Below are positions 36,978 to 46,429 of a DNA stretch of 64,000 bases, piece by piece (within the stretch, counting starts at the first letter, position 1; each line of letters begins with the position of its first letter). Where the stretch lies: assembly GCA_023898525.1 (NCBI GenBank), contig CP060227.1, positions 957,932 through 1,021,931 on the forward strand. The letters run 5' to 3'. This DNA comes from Candidatus Nomurabacteria bacterium. Lineage in GTDB: Bacteria > Patescibacteriota > Minisyncoccia > Phycocordibacterales > UBA918. Below the pieces are notes generated by a model. It was not told the origin of the DNA. It made no database searches and was given only the letters and a program-made list of their open reading frames with translations. A program made the position numbers and the translations under genes.

Positions 36978-37877
36978 ATGAAGTTTAGTCGTGCGAAGAA
37001 AAAAAAGACCTATTTAGCACCCGAGAAGTGGCTTATTATTAAGCAGATTGCGTTAGGGGTGCTTTTGTTTACTCTACTTGGTCTTATAATTACCGGTGTT
37101 TGGTATGGTACTCGTGTTTCTTCCTTAACGATTAGCGATGTGACTGTGTCCGACGGTCAAACGATTCGTGCGGAAACAGTTAAAAAGATAGCTGCGCAGG
37201 AATTGGTTGGTGAATATTGGCATTTAGTGCCACGGCAATTTTCTTGGTTTTATCCTCAAGAAGATATCATAGAAAAGGTACAGGAAATTGAACGTATTAA
37301 GGATGTGGCGGTGGAAAGAGTTTCGGGAACAGAGATCCGTATAACTTTTAGTGAATATGAGCCAGACGCATTGTGGTGTGATGAAGACGACGGCGAGTGT
37401 CACTTTCTAGATGACCGGGGCTTTGCCTTCGGCAAAGCCCCGGCTCTAGCCGGTGAAAGTCTTCTTCGCTACTACAAAGCGGGCGAAGGGCCTCGTGCAC
37501 AAGAAAACATCACTACCACTCTGGATTATTTGAGCACAAAGAAGATGGTTGACTTACTAAAAGATATTGATTGGTATGTAAACAGGGTTGAGATTGATGC
37601 GGTTCGCGATGTATTTTATTCATTGTCCGGTGACAGTGAACTTCGTGCTTCTCTTACAGATGATCCGATTGAGACTTTCGATTACTTTCAAACCCTTATC
37701 CGCTCTGAGGAATTTACTCATCTAAAACCCGGTAATTTTAAGTATGTCGACCTGCGCTTCGGCGAGAAATTGTATGTTAATGAAGAGGTGGGTGTGGAGG
37801 ATGAAGTGGCCAGTAGTACCGATCCTGTGAACGAAGAAATGTCTGAGTTGCTGGAAGAAGTGGATGAGGAGGAATAA
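36978..37877 (+). CDS. FtsQ/DivIB-like cell-division protein (POTRA domain), acidic C-terminus
   Basis: N-terminal TM helix and a POTRA-like region (...ISDVTVSDGQTIRAETV...ERVSGTEIRITFSEYEPDALW). Confidence 0.45.
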   Translation: MKFSRAKKKKTYLAPEKWLIIKQIALGVLLFTLLGLIITGVWYGTRVSSLTISDVTVSDGQTIRAETVKKIAAQELVGEYWHLVPRQFSWFYPQEDIIEKVQEIERIKDVAVERVSGTEIRITFSEYEPDALWCDEDDGECHFLDDRGFAFGKAPALAGESLLRYYKAGEGPRAQENITTTLDYLSTKKMVDLLKDIDWYVNRVEIDAVRDVFYSLSGDSELRASLTDDPIETFDYFQTLIRSEEFTHLKPGNFKYVDLRFGEKLYVNEEVGVEDEVASSTDPVNEEMSELLEEVDEEE

Positions 37878-37949
37878 CTGGGAGAAGTTGACACTCAGTG
37901 ATAATAAACTATTCTTTACACAGCTTGGTCTGGATGGAGGTCTTAGATA

Positions 37950-38192
37950 ATGAAGCTTAAACTAAACAAATGCCCTCACTGTGCCGCTCCACAACTTTAT
38001 AAGAGCCAGGAAGTGGTTTTGATAAAAAGTGAACCAAAGGTTGGTGGTAACGGAACGGACTTTTGGGTTGAGTGCGGTTGTTGTAGGACGCGGTCTGGGA
38101 AGTGGGATACAGAGCATAAAGCACAATATCATTGGAATAGAAGAAATAAGGAATATGATTCTAGTGAGTTGGCAGAGTGTGGTTTTTTGTAA
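37950..38192 (+). CDS. Lar-family zinc-ribbon protein (restriction alleviation-like)
   Basis: CPHC...CGCC four-cysteine arrangement. 80 aa. Confidence 0.4.
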   Translation: MKLKLNKCPHCAAPQLYKSQEVVLIKSEPKVGGNGTDFWVECGCCRTRSGKWDTEHKAQYHWNRRNKEYDSSELAECGFL

Positions 38193-38206
38193 ATTTAGAG
38201 ATAAAA

Positions 38207-38240
38207 AAGTAAACGCTGGTTTTAAACAAATCAAAACCAG
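38207..38240 (+). terminator. Intrinsic terminator
   Basis: aaacgctggtttt-aaacaaatc-aaaaccagcgttt followed by TCATATT. Confidence 0.55.
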
Positions 38241-38340
38241 CGTTTTCATATTATATTGACACTGCTCGATATTAAGTGTACTTTTTTGGCAGATGTAAAT
38301 GTAGAAAATAATTCTAAATATCCTAAAAAGGAGGACTGAT

Positions 38341-39108
38341 ATGGATATTAATCGTACTTTGACTTACTGTTTTATCTACTTAATGTTTGTATTTACATTT
38401 TTTCAGATCTGGGAACCTGTGTTTACTGAGTATTCCAGACAGAAAGACAAAGCAACGGAAGAAATGTATGCGCTTGTACCAGACATTAGTTTGGTTCAGT
38501 TGCAGGATAATTTGAGTGAGATAAGATGCTTACTGGATAATGGTGTTGGAAGTCGTCCAGAAGCAAAATTCGAAACTCTTTTTCTAATAGAGAAATCTGA
38601 ACAGTCTATTGCAAAAATGACGTGGCAGGCAAGAACAAAAGGCTATAGCTTTGAAAAACTTCAGTATTATCAAGAGGTTTTGTCTCACTACCGGTATGAA
38701 TTTAGTAGTCTTCAAAAGTACTACCAGGCTGAATTCGGAGTAGATAAAATGATGAGTGCTGGTAAGGATTATCTGACTCGTACTGATGGAGGGGTAAAGA
38801 AGTATCCTGTAATTGACTATTCGACAGTCCAACCTTTGTTTCTACAGGCGTACGTTCATACAATCGTGCCTGCAATGCTCTTTTTTATGCTTCGTCTTTA
38901 TCAAAAAGGACTTAGTGTTGCTTTGGAGCTTTGGAGGGTGATGTTGTGGTCTTTGATATGGTTTGTTGGTGTATGGAAATACCCAAGAAACATTCTTAGA
39001 GCTGAGCAATTGCGAAGTATGTGCAGGTTTGTTGGTGGTCTAATCTCTGTATTAGTGTCTATATTGCCAATGTCTAGTCTAGTGAAGGCGGCTGATAAAA
39101 AAAGGTAG
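38341..39108 (+). CDS. Hypothetical membrane protein
   Basis: 255 aa with several TM helices in the C-terminal half. Confidence 0.35.
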   Translation: MDINRTLTYCFIYLMFVFTFFQIWEPVFTEYSRQKDKATEEMYALVPDISLVQLQDNLSEIRCLLDNGVGSRPEAKFETLFLIEKSEQSIAKMTWQARTKGYSFEKLQYYQEVLSHYRYEFSSLQKYYQAEFGVDKMMSAGKDYLTRTDGGVKKYPVIDYSTVQPLFLQAYVHTIVPAMLFFMLRLYQKGLSVALELWRVMLWSLIWFVGVWKYPRNILRAEQLRSMCRFVGGLISVLVSILPMSSLVKAADKKR

Positions 39109-39130
39109 GCCTAAGCAAGATGAATCATCT

Positions 39131-39931
39131 GTGCAGCTTGATAATTATGCTTTTGCTGACATTGTGACTGGTCCAAGCTTGAGCGACGGTTTTTTTGCAA
39201 GGACTACACGTCTAGGTACTACGGTAAACACCCTAACTCCATTTGGTTTTCGGGGTGAAGTAGAGCTTATCGATATTGATAAGTCGGGAAGTAATTTCCT
39301 AAGACAGGCTTACTTTCAGTACGATACTGGTTCGTGGAAACATAGGTTGGGGCGATTGTTTCTCGGGGCTGGTTTTTCTACACCACCACCGTTTAAATTA
39401 AGGACAGTTAATTATCCAGGTTCTCCATACAATTTACATGCATGGGGAATACAAACACTCGGCAATCTTTCAGATACTACAAGCGCTGTACTGGATATTT
39501 CTACTAGAAGCGGAGTAGCTTTTTCGGATCCAGGTAGTTTTGGTGGATTGGAAGCTTCGGGAAGGATTCAGTATGAAATAAATTCTTCTTCTCTAGCTCC
39601 TTCTTTTCAAGTTGGGCAAGGTTTCTACCGTGTAGGGATTGATGGTACTTATAAGTTTTCAGATAAGTTTGATGCTTATGGTGCTGTTCATTTGGCAAAA
39701 GAGGGTGGATTGTTGAAAAAAATTGGACATCTGTTCGTAGGCTGGAAAGTATTTAAGGGTGTTGAACTTCATACTCAAATAATCTATCGTCAAAAGCAGA
39801 GTATTTGGTGGACTAATGGTATCAGGCTGTCGGATCCTTCTGATAAGTTTTCGATAACTTTGGACCATGAACATTCTTTGGTGGAAGGGGTACCTTCAGG
39901 AACCTTTGTCCGCCTTCAGTTTGTTTATTAA
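39131..39931 (+). CDS. Hypothetical protein (beta-rich, C-terminal aromatic residue)
   Basis: ORF only. Confidence 0.35.
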   Translation: MQLDNYAFADIVTGPSLSDGFFARTTRLGTTVNTLTPFGFRGEVELIDIDKSGSNFLRQAYFQYDTGSWKHRLGRLFLGAGFSTPPPFKLRTVNYPGSPYNLHAWGIQTLGNLSDTTSAVLDISTRSGVAFSDPGSFGGLEASGRIQYEINSSSLAPSFQVGQGFYRVGIDGTYKFSDKFDAYGAVHLAKEGGLLKKIGHLFVGWKVFKGVELHTQIIYRQKQSIWWTNGIRLSDPSDKFSITLDHEHSLVEGVPSGTFVRLQFVY

Positions 39932-39998
39932 GAAAACAATAAGTTTTAAAAGGTGAACAGCATCTCGTGCTTTTTGGCGAGGTGCTGTTTTTTCTTAA

Positions 39999-40526
39999 AT
40001 GGTAGACACGTCATTGACAGTTTTAATAAATAATGTGATTATATCAGGCGTATTTTTAAAAAGGAGTACCTTAATGTTTTTTGGTTATGCTAAGTTTATG
40101 CAAGACGAGTGGCCCAGCATAGAGCTTGTGATAGATGGAATGGGAGGGGTAGAAGTTGTTTTGGTTGATGATGAGCTTATAAAAGCGGCTTCAAAACTTA
40201 TTTATGAATACCGTAAATTGAATGGTGTAAAAGATTATAACGAAGCTGAATATCGTAGATTAAAACGTCATAATAATGAACATACCTATACTTTTAATAG
40301 TGAATATAGTTTTAAAAGTATGCGTATGCATGCCGCACAAAAGCTTAAACAAGAAATTAATGTATGTAAAAAACTTTTGAAAATTAGAAGAAACGTTACT
40401 AGGCATTATGCTAAGAAATACGATTCCATTTTCGAAAAAATAACTATAGATCTACAAAGAAAGGAAGAGGTTATGAAAAGAGTAAAAGAGGTTTTAGATA
40501 CCTCTGAGATTTATGAACTTGAATAA
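39999..40526 (+). CDS. Hypothetical protein
   Basis: ORF only. 175 aa. Confidence 0.35.
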   Translation: MVDTSLTVLINNVIISGVFLKRSTLMFFGYAKFMQDEWPSIELVIDGMGGVEVVLVDDELIKAASKLIYEYRKLNGVKDYNEAEYRRLKRHNNEHTYTFNSEYSFKSMRMHAAQKLKQEINVCKKLLKIRRNVTRHYAKKYDSIFEKITIDLQRKEEVMKRVKEVLDTSEIYELE

Positions 40527-40607
40527 TTCATCCTTTTAATTAACGAATCACATGACTTAGCTGGTTGTGTGATTTTTTATTATTTCTATAGAATATCCTT
40601 TTGAATT

Positions 40608-41648
40608 ATGGTAAAACAAACATCTATGAACTTCTGGGAAAAGTTACCAAAACCTTTTTATATATTGGCGCCGATGGCGGATGTTACGGACGCGCCTTTT
40701 CGGCGTGTGATCGCCAAATACAGCGCGCATAAGCGGGCAGATGGAACCGACGGTGGTCCTGACGTGACTTTTACTGAGTTTGTGTCGGCAGATGGCTTGG
40801 CGCGAGCGACTCCAGAGGGAAAAAAGAAGCTAATGGCCGATCTCATTTATACTGATACAGAGCGACCGATTGTAGCGCAGCTTTTTACTAGCAATGAAGA
40901 ACATATGGAGGCAGCGGCTAGGCTATGTCGTGAGCTGGGGTTTGATGGGGTGGATATCAATATGGGTTGTCCAGATCGGTCAATCGAAAAGCAGGGTTGT
41001 GGCTCAGCGATGATAAAAAATCCAGAAGTAGCAAAGAAGATTATTCGGGCGGCCAAGCGTGGGGCAAAGATGGGTGAGATAGACGGAATTCCGGTGTCAG
41101 TCAAAACTCGCCTTGGCTACAACCGTGACCAGCTGGAGGAATGGTTGCCGGTAATCTTGGAAGAAAAACCTGCAACTATTATCCTTCATGGCCGGACTCG
41201 TAAAGAAATGAGTAAAGTACCAGCACGTTGGGAAAGGATAAAGCGAGCGGTTGAGCTTCGTGATGAACTACAAAAGGGTCTTGAACATAAGACATTGATT
41301 GTTGGTAATGGGGATGCTTTGTCGCTCGAAGATGCGCGCCAGAAAGCGGAGCTTTCTGACGCTGACGGAGTAATGCTCGGTCGAGCGGTTTTTGGTAATC
41401 CGTGGCTATTTCATCCGGAAAAAGACGCTAGTAATGTGCCTATAGAAGAAAAACTACGGGTGATGGTAGAACACTCGGAATTATTTGCTGGACTTCTACC
41501 TTTCAAAAACTTTTCTATTATGAAAAAACATTACAAAGCCTATGTTAAAGACTTTCCTGGAGCGCATGAACTTAGAAATAAGTTAATGGAACAAAATACC
41601 GCGGGTGAGGTAAAAGAGGTGGTTGGAGATTTTCTGTTAACCAGGTAA
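40608..41648 (+). CDS. dus: tRNA-dihydrouridine synthase
   Basis: TIM-barrel Dus motifs (LAPMADVTD, catalytic Cys in NMGCP). Confidence 0.85.
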   Translation: MVKQTSMNFWEKLPKPFYILAPMADVTDAPFRRVIAKYSAHKRADGTDGGPDVTFTEFVSADGLARATPEGKKKLMADLIYTDTERPIVAQLFTSNEEHMEAAARLCRELGFDGVDINMGCPDRSIEKQGCGSAMIKNPEVAKKIIRAAKRGAKMGEIDGIPVSVKTRLGYNRDQLEEWLPVILEEKPATIILHGRTRKEMSKVPARWERIKRAVELRDELQKGLEHKTLIVGNGDALSLEDARQKAELSDADGVMLGRAVFGNPWLFHPEKDASNVPIEEKLRVMVEHSELFAGLLPFKNFSIMKKHYKAYVKDFPGAHELRNKLMEQNTAGEVKEVVGDFLLTR

Positions 41649-41716
41649 TTGCTGTGCAGGGTTTTCCACCACTGTTTTACATAACTACTTTGAATACTTG
41701 TTAGAATATACTGAAG

Positions 41717-42058
41717 ATGGATGAAATATTGCACGCCAACATTTTTTTCTTTGTTGCTACTGTAGCGACGGTTGTTTTTATGATATTGATTTCTGTTATT
41801 CTCTATCATGTTCTAAGGATAATCAAATCTATCAGGCGTATTATTGAAAAAATTGAAGCTGGAAGTGAAATCTTGGCTGGTGATATCTCTGATCTTAGAG
41901 CGCAGTTTATGAATGGTGGGTTTATTTCTCGTCTCCTGGCACTCTTTATGGGCTTTAGCAATTCTTACCATAGTGACGACGATGAGGAAGAGGATCGGCC
42001 AAAAAGGCGATCTTCAAGAAAGAGAAGGGCTAGAGTAAGAGACGCAGATGATGAATAA
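41717..42058 (+). CDS. Membrane protein with an acidic/basic C-terminal tail
   Basis: 113 aa. One TM helix. Confidence 0.35.
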   Translation: MDEILHANIFFFVATVATVVFMILISVILYHVLRIIKSIRRIIEKIEAGSEILAGDISDLRAQFMNGGFISRLLALFMGFSNSYHSDDDEEEDRPKRRSSRKRRARVRDADDE

Positions 42059-42089
42059 TTTTAATAATTTTTAATATTTAAATTTAAGT

Positions 42090-42512
42090 ATGGCAACAAA
42101 CAAGAAGGGGGGTAATAAAGATAACGGACTAGGAGTGGCAGTAGGACTGGGAGCGGTGGCAGCGGCTGTCGGGGCGTACTTTATGTATGGTAGTAAAAAA
42201 GCGGCTAAGAACCGCAAGGCGGTAAAGAGTTGGATGTTCAAAGCAAAAGCAGATGTTTTGGAAGCGCTTGAGAATACGCAAGACATGACCAAGAAAGAGT
42301 ACGAAAAATTAATTGATACCGTTGGTACTTCATATGCCAATATTCAGAGTGCCACTAAAACAGATTTGGCTGGTTTTAAAAAAGAAATGAAAGAACACTG
42401 GCTTGAAATTGCTAAGACAGCAGCACCAAAGAAAGCTCCGGCTAAGAAAAAGCCAGCTAAAAAAGCAGCACCAAAGAAAGCTCCAGCTAAAAAAGCAGCT
42501 AAGAAGGAATAA
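42090..42512 (+). CDS. Lys/Ala-rich histone H1-like protein (AKKAAPKK repeats) with a hydrophobic N-terminus
   Basis: C-terminal KAP-type repeats. A terminator follows at 42526-42560. Confidence 0.45.
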   Translation: MATNKKGGNKDNGLGVAVGLGAVAAAVGAYFMYGSKKAAKNRKAVKSWMFKAKADVLEALENTQDMTKKEYEKLIDTVGTSYANIQSATKTDLAGFKKEMKEHWLEIAKTAAPKKAPAKKKPAKKAAPKKAPAKKAAKKE

Positions 42513-42525
42513 ATTATTAGATTTA

Positions 42526-42560
42526 AAAAGAACCGCGCCGTAGGCGCGGTTCTTTTTAAA
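42526..42560 (+). terminator. Intrinsic terminator
   Basis: aaaaagaaccgcgcc-gtag-gcgcggttctttttaaa. Confidence 0.7.
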
Positions 42561-42610
42561 TACACACCCTGTTTTTCATCCTGAATCACAGATGTTATTA
42601 TAATCTTATT

Positions 42611-43486
42611 ATGCATAGAACTTTGGGTCTAGTTACTTTTTTAGTTGTGTCCGTTTTAATGCTGTTTAATAACGACAGTGTATTACCTAATCAGCAACTG
42701 GCTTCAGCCGCTGCTTCTTTCGCTGAGCCACAATTTTGGATTGCTGAAGATGCGAAAAGAGAAATTTCAGAATTACCGGTGGCTGATTTTGCTATTTTTG
42801 ACGCTATAACTGGTGAAATCTTGGTCACTAAGTCTAAATATGGTAATCAAAAGCTTCCGATTGCTTCGGTAACTAAGCTAGTGACCGCTAGTGTAATTAA
42901 TGATGATCTTGATCTAGGAGTAATGACAACGATCACTAAGGCTGATGTCGACACTGAGGGGCGGTCGGGTAAGTTAAAGGTAGGTGAAGAATATACTTAT
43001 AGAGAGCTGCTTTTCCCGCTACTCTTGGAGTCATCAAATGACGCGGCGACAGTCTTTGAAAGAGTTACTGGTGGTGACTTAATAAGTGCTATGAATTCCT
43101 TTGCGCAAGGTCTGGGAGCGGCTAATACCTCTTTTGCAGACGCTTCTGGATTATCAAGTAGGAATGTGTCGACTGTCAGTGATTTAGCGTTAATTACTTC
43201 GTATTTATACCAAAACCAATCTCATGTTTTGGATATCACAAAACTGTCACAGTACATTGGTCCGTACACTGGGTGGGTAAATAATAATCCGGTCTTAGGA
43301 AGTGATTATGTGGGTGGCAAGCATGGCTACACCGAAGCCGCTAATCGTACCATAGTTTCTCTATTTAATGAGGATTTCACAACTGGAAAAAGAGTGGTTG
43401 GTTATGTGGTGCTTGGTAGTGATGATGTACGCTCTGATGTTGCTACTCTTCGTCAGTTTGTTGCTCAGGCGGTTAAATATGAATAA
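42611..43486 (+). CDS. Serine-type D-alanyl-D-alanine carboxypeptidase (PBP5 family)
   Basis: SxxK (ASVTKLV), SxN (ESSND) and a KTG-like motif (KHGYT). Confidence 0.75.
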   Translation: MHRTLGLVTFLVVSVLMLFNNDSVLPNQQLASAAASFAEPQFWIAEDAKREISELPVADFAIFDAITGEILVTKSKYGNQKLPIASVTKLVTASVINDDLDLGVMTTITKADVDTEGRSGKLKVGEEYTYRELLFPLLLESSNDAATVFERVTGGDLISAMNSFAQGLGAANTSFADASGLSSRNVSTVSDLALITSYLYQNQSHVLDITKLSQYIGPYTGWVNNNPVLGSDYVGGKHGYTEAANRTIVSLFNEDFTTGKRVVGYVVLGSDDVRSDVATLRQFVAQAVKYE

Positions 43487-43504
43487 TCTGTTATACTAGT
43501 CTCT

Positions 43505-44539
43505 ATGACAGAACACGGAGCGTTATATAGAAAGTACCGTCCGCAGACATTTGCCGACGTACGTGATCAGGATCACATTGTTAAAGTTTTAGAAGGAGCG
43601 ATTGAGAAGGGTGAGATACCCCACGCCTTACTTTTCTCGGGTACTCGCGGTACTGGTAAGACTACGCTGGCGCGTATATTTGCCAAAGCTATTGGTACTA
43701 AGAGCGTCGATCTCTACGAGATCGACGCTGCTAGCAATCGTGGTATCGACGACGTGCGCGAACTAAAAGAAGCGGTACATACCGTCCCGTACGAATCAAA
43801 ATACAAAATATACATTATTGACGAGGTGCACATGCTGACCAAAGAAGCATTTAACGCGCTCCTTAAGACTCTAGAGGAGCCACCAGCGCACGTGGTGTTT
43901 ATTTTAGCGACGACTGAGGAAGAAAAACTTCTCGACACTATTCTGTCTCGCTGTTTGGTTTTTCGTTTCCGCTCTCCATCGCGTGCGGTCTTGGCCGATA
44001 CGGTGACTGATGTGGCGAAGAAAGAAGGTTTCACTCTGTCCACTGAAGCGGCTGCCTTGATCGCGATTGCGGCCGACGGATCTTTTCGTGATGCTTTGGG
44101 TGTGACACAAAAGGTGATTATGGCTTCGGGAGATGAGATTGGTGACGTCGATGAGGTAGCTGAAATCATTGGCGCACCAAAGCGTGAAATTATCACTGAT
44201 TTGCTACGATCACTGCATGATAAGAATGTCGAATTGGGTCTAGAGGCGGTTGCTAAAGCAACCGCCTGCCACACGGACGTCAAACTCTTACTAAAACTTC
44301 TTCTAGAACACGTACGAGCTGTAATGTTGCTGCGTAATCGACCTCAAGATCAATCGGTCCTGGAATCGTACAATACCGATACTCAGACTTTACTTAATGG
44401 TTTTGCCAAAGAAGCGACTAATTCTCTAAACTCCCACTTACTATTGAAGCTAATTACCGCCGCTGAACAGTCCACCCGCTCACCACTACCGTATTTACCC
44501 TTGGAGATTGTGGTGGTGGAGCATTGTGAGAAGGTTTAA
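43505..44539 (+). CDS. dnaX: DNA polymerase III gamma/tau (short, 344 aa). Delta' (holB) not excluded
   Basis: Walker A GTRGTGKTT, SRC motif TILSRCLVF. Clamp-loader AAA+ fold. Confidence 0.65.
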   Translation: MTEHGALYRKYRPQTFADVRDQDHIVKVLEGAIEKGEIPHALLFSGTRGTGKTTLARIFAKAIGTKSVDLYEIDAASNRGIDDVRELKEAVHTVPYESKYKIYIIDEVHMLTKEAFNALLKTLEEPPAHVVFILATTEEEKLLDTILSRCLVFRFRSPSRAVLADTVTDVAKKEGFTLSTEAAALIAIAADGSFRDALGVTQKVIMASGDEIGDVDEVAEIIGAPKREIITDLLRSLHDKNVELGLEAVAKATACHTDVKLLLKLLLEHVRAVMLLRNRPQDQSVLESYNTDTQTLLNGFAKEATNSLNSHLLLKLITAAEQSTRSPLPYLPLEIVVVEHCEKV

Positions 44540-44548
44540 TCTTTTATT

Positions 44549-45178
44549 ATGAGAAGGGTATATATAGTTAGGCATGGATTGACTAATAGCGATGCACAGG
44601 GTCTAGTACAAACAGCTGATTCGGCTTTGTCAGAAGAGGGGATTAAACAGGCGGAGGCCCTGGCTGAACGTTTTTGTCATCTTAAGTTTGACCATCTGCT
44701 AGCCAGTGATTACAAGCGGGCGGTAGAGACAGCTGAGTATATATCCGCCAAAACTAAGAAGAAAGTTGAAACTTCAAAGTTGCTGCGAGAAATGCGTCGT
44801 CCTAGTCAGTACCAAAATAGTCCAAGTAGTTCACCCGAATACCGTGCCTATCTAAAATTAGCCGATGAAAATGTGGCGGATAAAAATTGGCGTATGGGTG
44901 ACGGTGAGAATTTTTACGACGTACTTGAAAGGATTAAAGGACTCTTTTCATTAATTGAGGCAAGTGACGGCGATTTTGTTTTAATTACACACGCTCGGAT
45001 GACAAAGTTAATTACACTTTATGTGATGATGAAAAAACAACCAGATCCCCTTGTGTGGCGGATAGTGATGAATAACGTTATAACGACAAATACCGGTATA
45101 ACATCCCTTGTGTTTAATGATAAGCATGGTCACTGGCAACTTGAGAGCTTTAATGATAAGGCACATTTTGCAGAATAA
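44549..45178 (+). CDS. Histidine phosphatase (phosphoglycerate mutase-like) family protein
   Basis: RHG motif (VYIVRHGLT). Confidence 0.65.
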   Translation: MRRVYIVRHGLTNSDAQGLVQTADSALSEEGIKQAEALAERFCHLKFDHLLASDYKRAVETAEYISAKTKKKVETSKLLREMRRPSQYQNSPSSSPEYRAYLKLADENVADKNWRMGDGENFYDVLERIKGLFSLIEASDGDFVLITHARMTKLITLYVMMKKQPDPLVWRIVMNNVITTNTGITSLVFNDKHGHWQLESFNDKAHFAE

Positions 45179-45200
45179 TAATTTAGATAATTAAGAAAAT

Positions 45201-45821
45201 ATGGATGTTTACCTTATACGCCATGGAGAGACTGATGGAAATGTCGCCAGACGACACCAGCACGACAAGACCGATATAAATGAGATCGGTACGGCGCAAA
45301 CTAAAGCGATTGCTAAAGCTATAAAGCGAATCAACCCAACTCATATTGTGACCAGTACCAATTTGCGAGCAGTGGAGACAGCGAAACTGATTATAATCAC
45401 TTGTGAACTAGACCTGATACCAGAGACCAGCACGGCCTTTGAAGAGATACGGCGACCAAGCTGGCTCATTGGCAGTAGTCATTTTAGCCTTATTTCAGCC
45501 CAGTATATGTGGCATTGGTTTTTTGATTATAAGTTGAAAGGGGAGATGGAAACCTATACCCCTTTCCTTGGACGTATTATTGAAGCTAAGCGGTATTTAG
45601 AATCATTGCCAGACGATGCGCGAGTAGTTGTAGTATCGCACTCAGTTTTTATCAATATCTTTCTTGAGCACCTTTGTGTTGAAAAAAGAATGAGTTTTTG
45701 GCGAGCGATGAAGCGTCTCTGGAAGGTATTTACCATGCCTAATACTAGTATGATTCATCTGCGTCACGTGCATTCTGAGGGTGGTTGCCACTGGGAAATT
45801 GTGTCTGATAGGGTTAAGTAA
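45201..45821 (+). CDS. Histidine phosphatase family protein (paralogue)
   Basis: RHG motif (VYLIRHGET). Confidence 0.65.
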   Translation: MDVYLIRHGETDGNVARRHQHDKTDINEIGTAQTKAIAKAIKRINPTHIVTSTNLRAVETAKLIIITCELDLIPETSTAFEEIRRPSWLIGSSHFSLISAQYMWHWFFDYKLKGEMETYTPFLGRIIEAKRYLESLPDDARVVVVSHSVFINIFLEHLCVEKRMSFWRAMKRLWKVFTMPNTSMIHLRHVHSEGGCHWEIVSDRVK

Positions 45822-45930
45822 AATAATCCTGAGTAACTAATGTAACCATAGTGCATATCCTACACTTGAAACTTACGCTCATTATGGCACTATAGTGCGA
45901 CGTGCACTATTTGTAGCACAGATTTATTTT

Positions 45931-46005
45931 TGCCGGATCGTTTGGTAGTAGGACTCCGTAAAACAGTCTCCCAGACTGTTTTACCTAGTACTGTCTATCG
46001 GTTTT
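45931..46005 (+). pseudogene. Degenerate tRNA-Gln-like copy in which hairpin H replaces the anticodon arm
   Basis: tgccggatcgtttggtagtaggac + CCGTAAAACAGTCTCCCAGACTGTTTTACCTAGT + actgtctatcggttttgattgg. The T-arm is degenerate. Confidence 0.55.
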
Positions 46006-46055
46006 GATTGGTTGAAATAAACCATGAGCAAATAATAAATCACAACAAACAACAT

Positions 46056-46075
46056 TGCCGGATCGTCTAATGGTA
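46056..46075 (+). other. 5'-half fragment (20 nt) of tRNA-Gln
   Basis: tgccggatcgtctaatggta is identical to 46141-46160. Confidence 0.7.
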
Positions 46076-46103
46076 TGTGAACATACAAACTGCGTTCGTA
46101 CGG

Positions 46104-46244
46104 AAACAAAAGAGGTATTTTAAATATTCATGTCTATCGCTGCCGGATCGTCTAATGGTAGGACTACGGTTTCTGGTACCGTCTATCGGGGTTCGAGTCC
46201 CTGTCCGGCAGCGATGGTCGGGAATTAAAATACCTCTTTTGTTT
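46104..46244. repeat. Perfect 20-bp inverted repeats bracketing the intact tRNA-Gln
   Basis: aaacaaaagaggtattttaa (46104-46123) and ttaaaatacctcttttgttt (46225-46244). Confidence 0.8.
46141..46211 (+). tRNA. tRNA-Gln(CTG)
   Basis: Manual fold: acceptor TGCCGGA/TCCGGCA, anticodon stem ACGGT/ACCGT, loop TTCTGGT, T-arm CGGGG-TTCGAGT-CCCTG. Confidence 0.8.
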
Positions 46245-46270
46245 TTCTCACTCACATTGTTTGTTGTTTT

Positions 46271-46342
46271 AGGACTCCGTAAAACAGTCTCCCAGACTTT
46301 TACCTAGTACCGTCTATCGGGGTTCGAGTCCCTGTCCGGCAG
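46271..46342 (+). pseudogene. 3' portion of a tRNA-Gln-like gene carrying hairpin H followed by an exact copy of the tRNA-Gln 3' 34 nt
   Basis: aggac + hairpin H (46279-46303) + accgtctatcggggttcgagtccctgtccggcag, identical to 46178-46211. Confidence 0.6.
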
Positions 46343-46429
46343 CAAATGTAAAAAGAATAGCTTCTACCTTATTTTTGGAAGTTTTTATATGGTCTATGTA
46401 CAAAATTATTGTGATAAACTGATATTGCT

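Noticed and set aside
43714-44283. 189-aa minus-strand ORF inside dnaX (and 43904-44110)
   Set aside because: Antisense shadow ORF within a conserved gene, with Ser/Arg-rich low-complexity translation.
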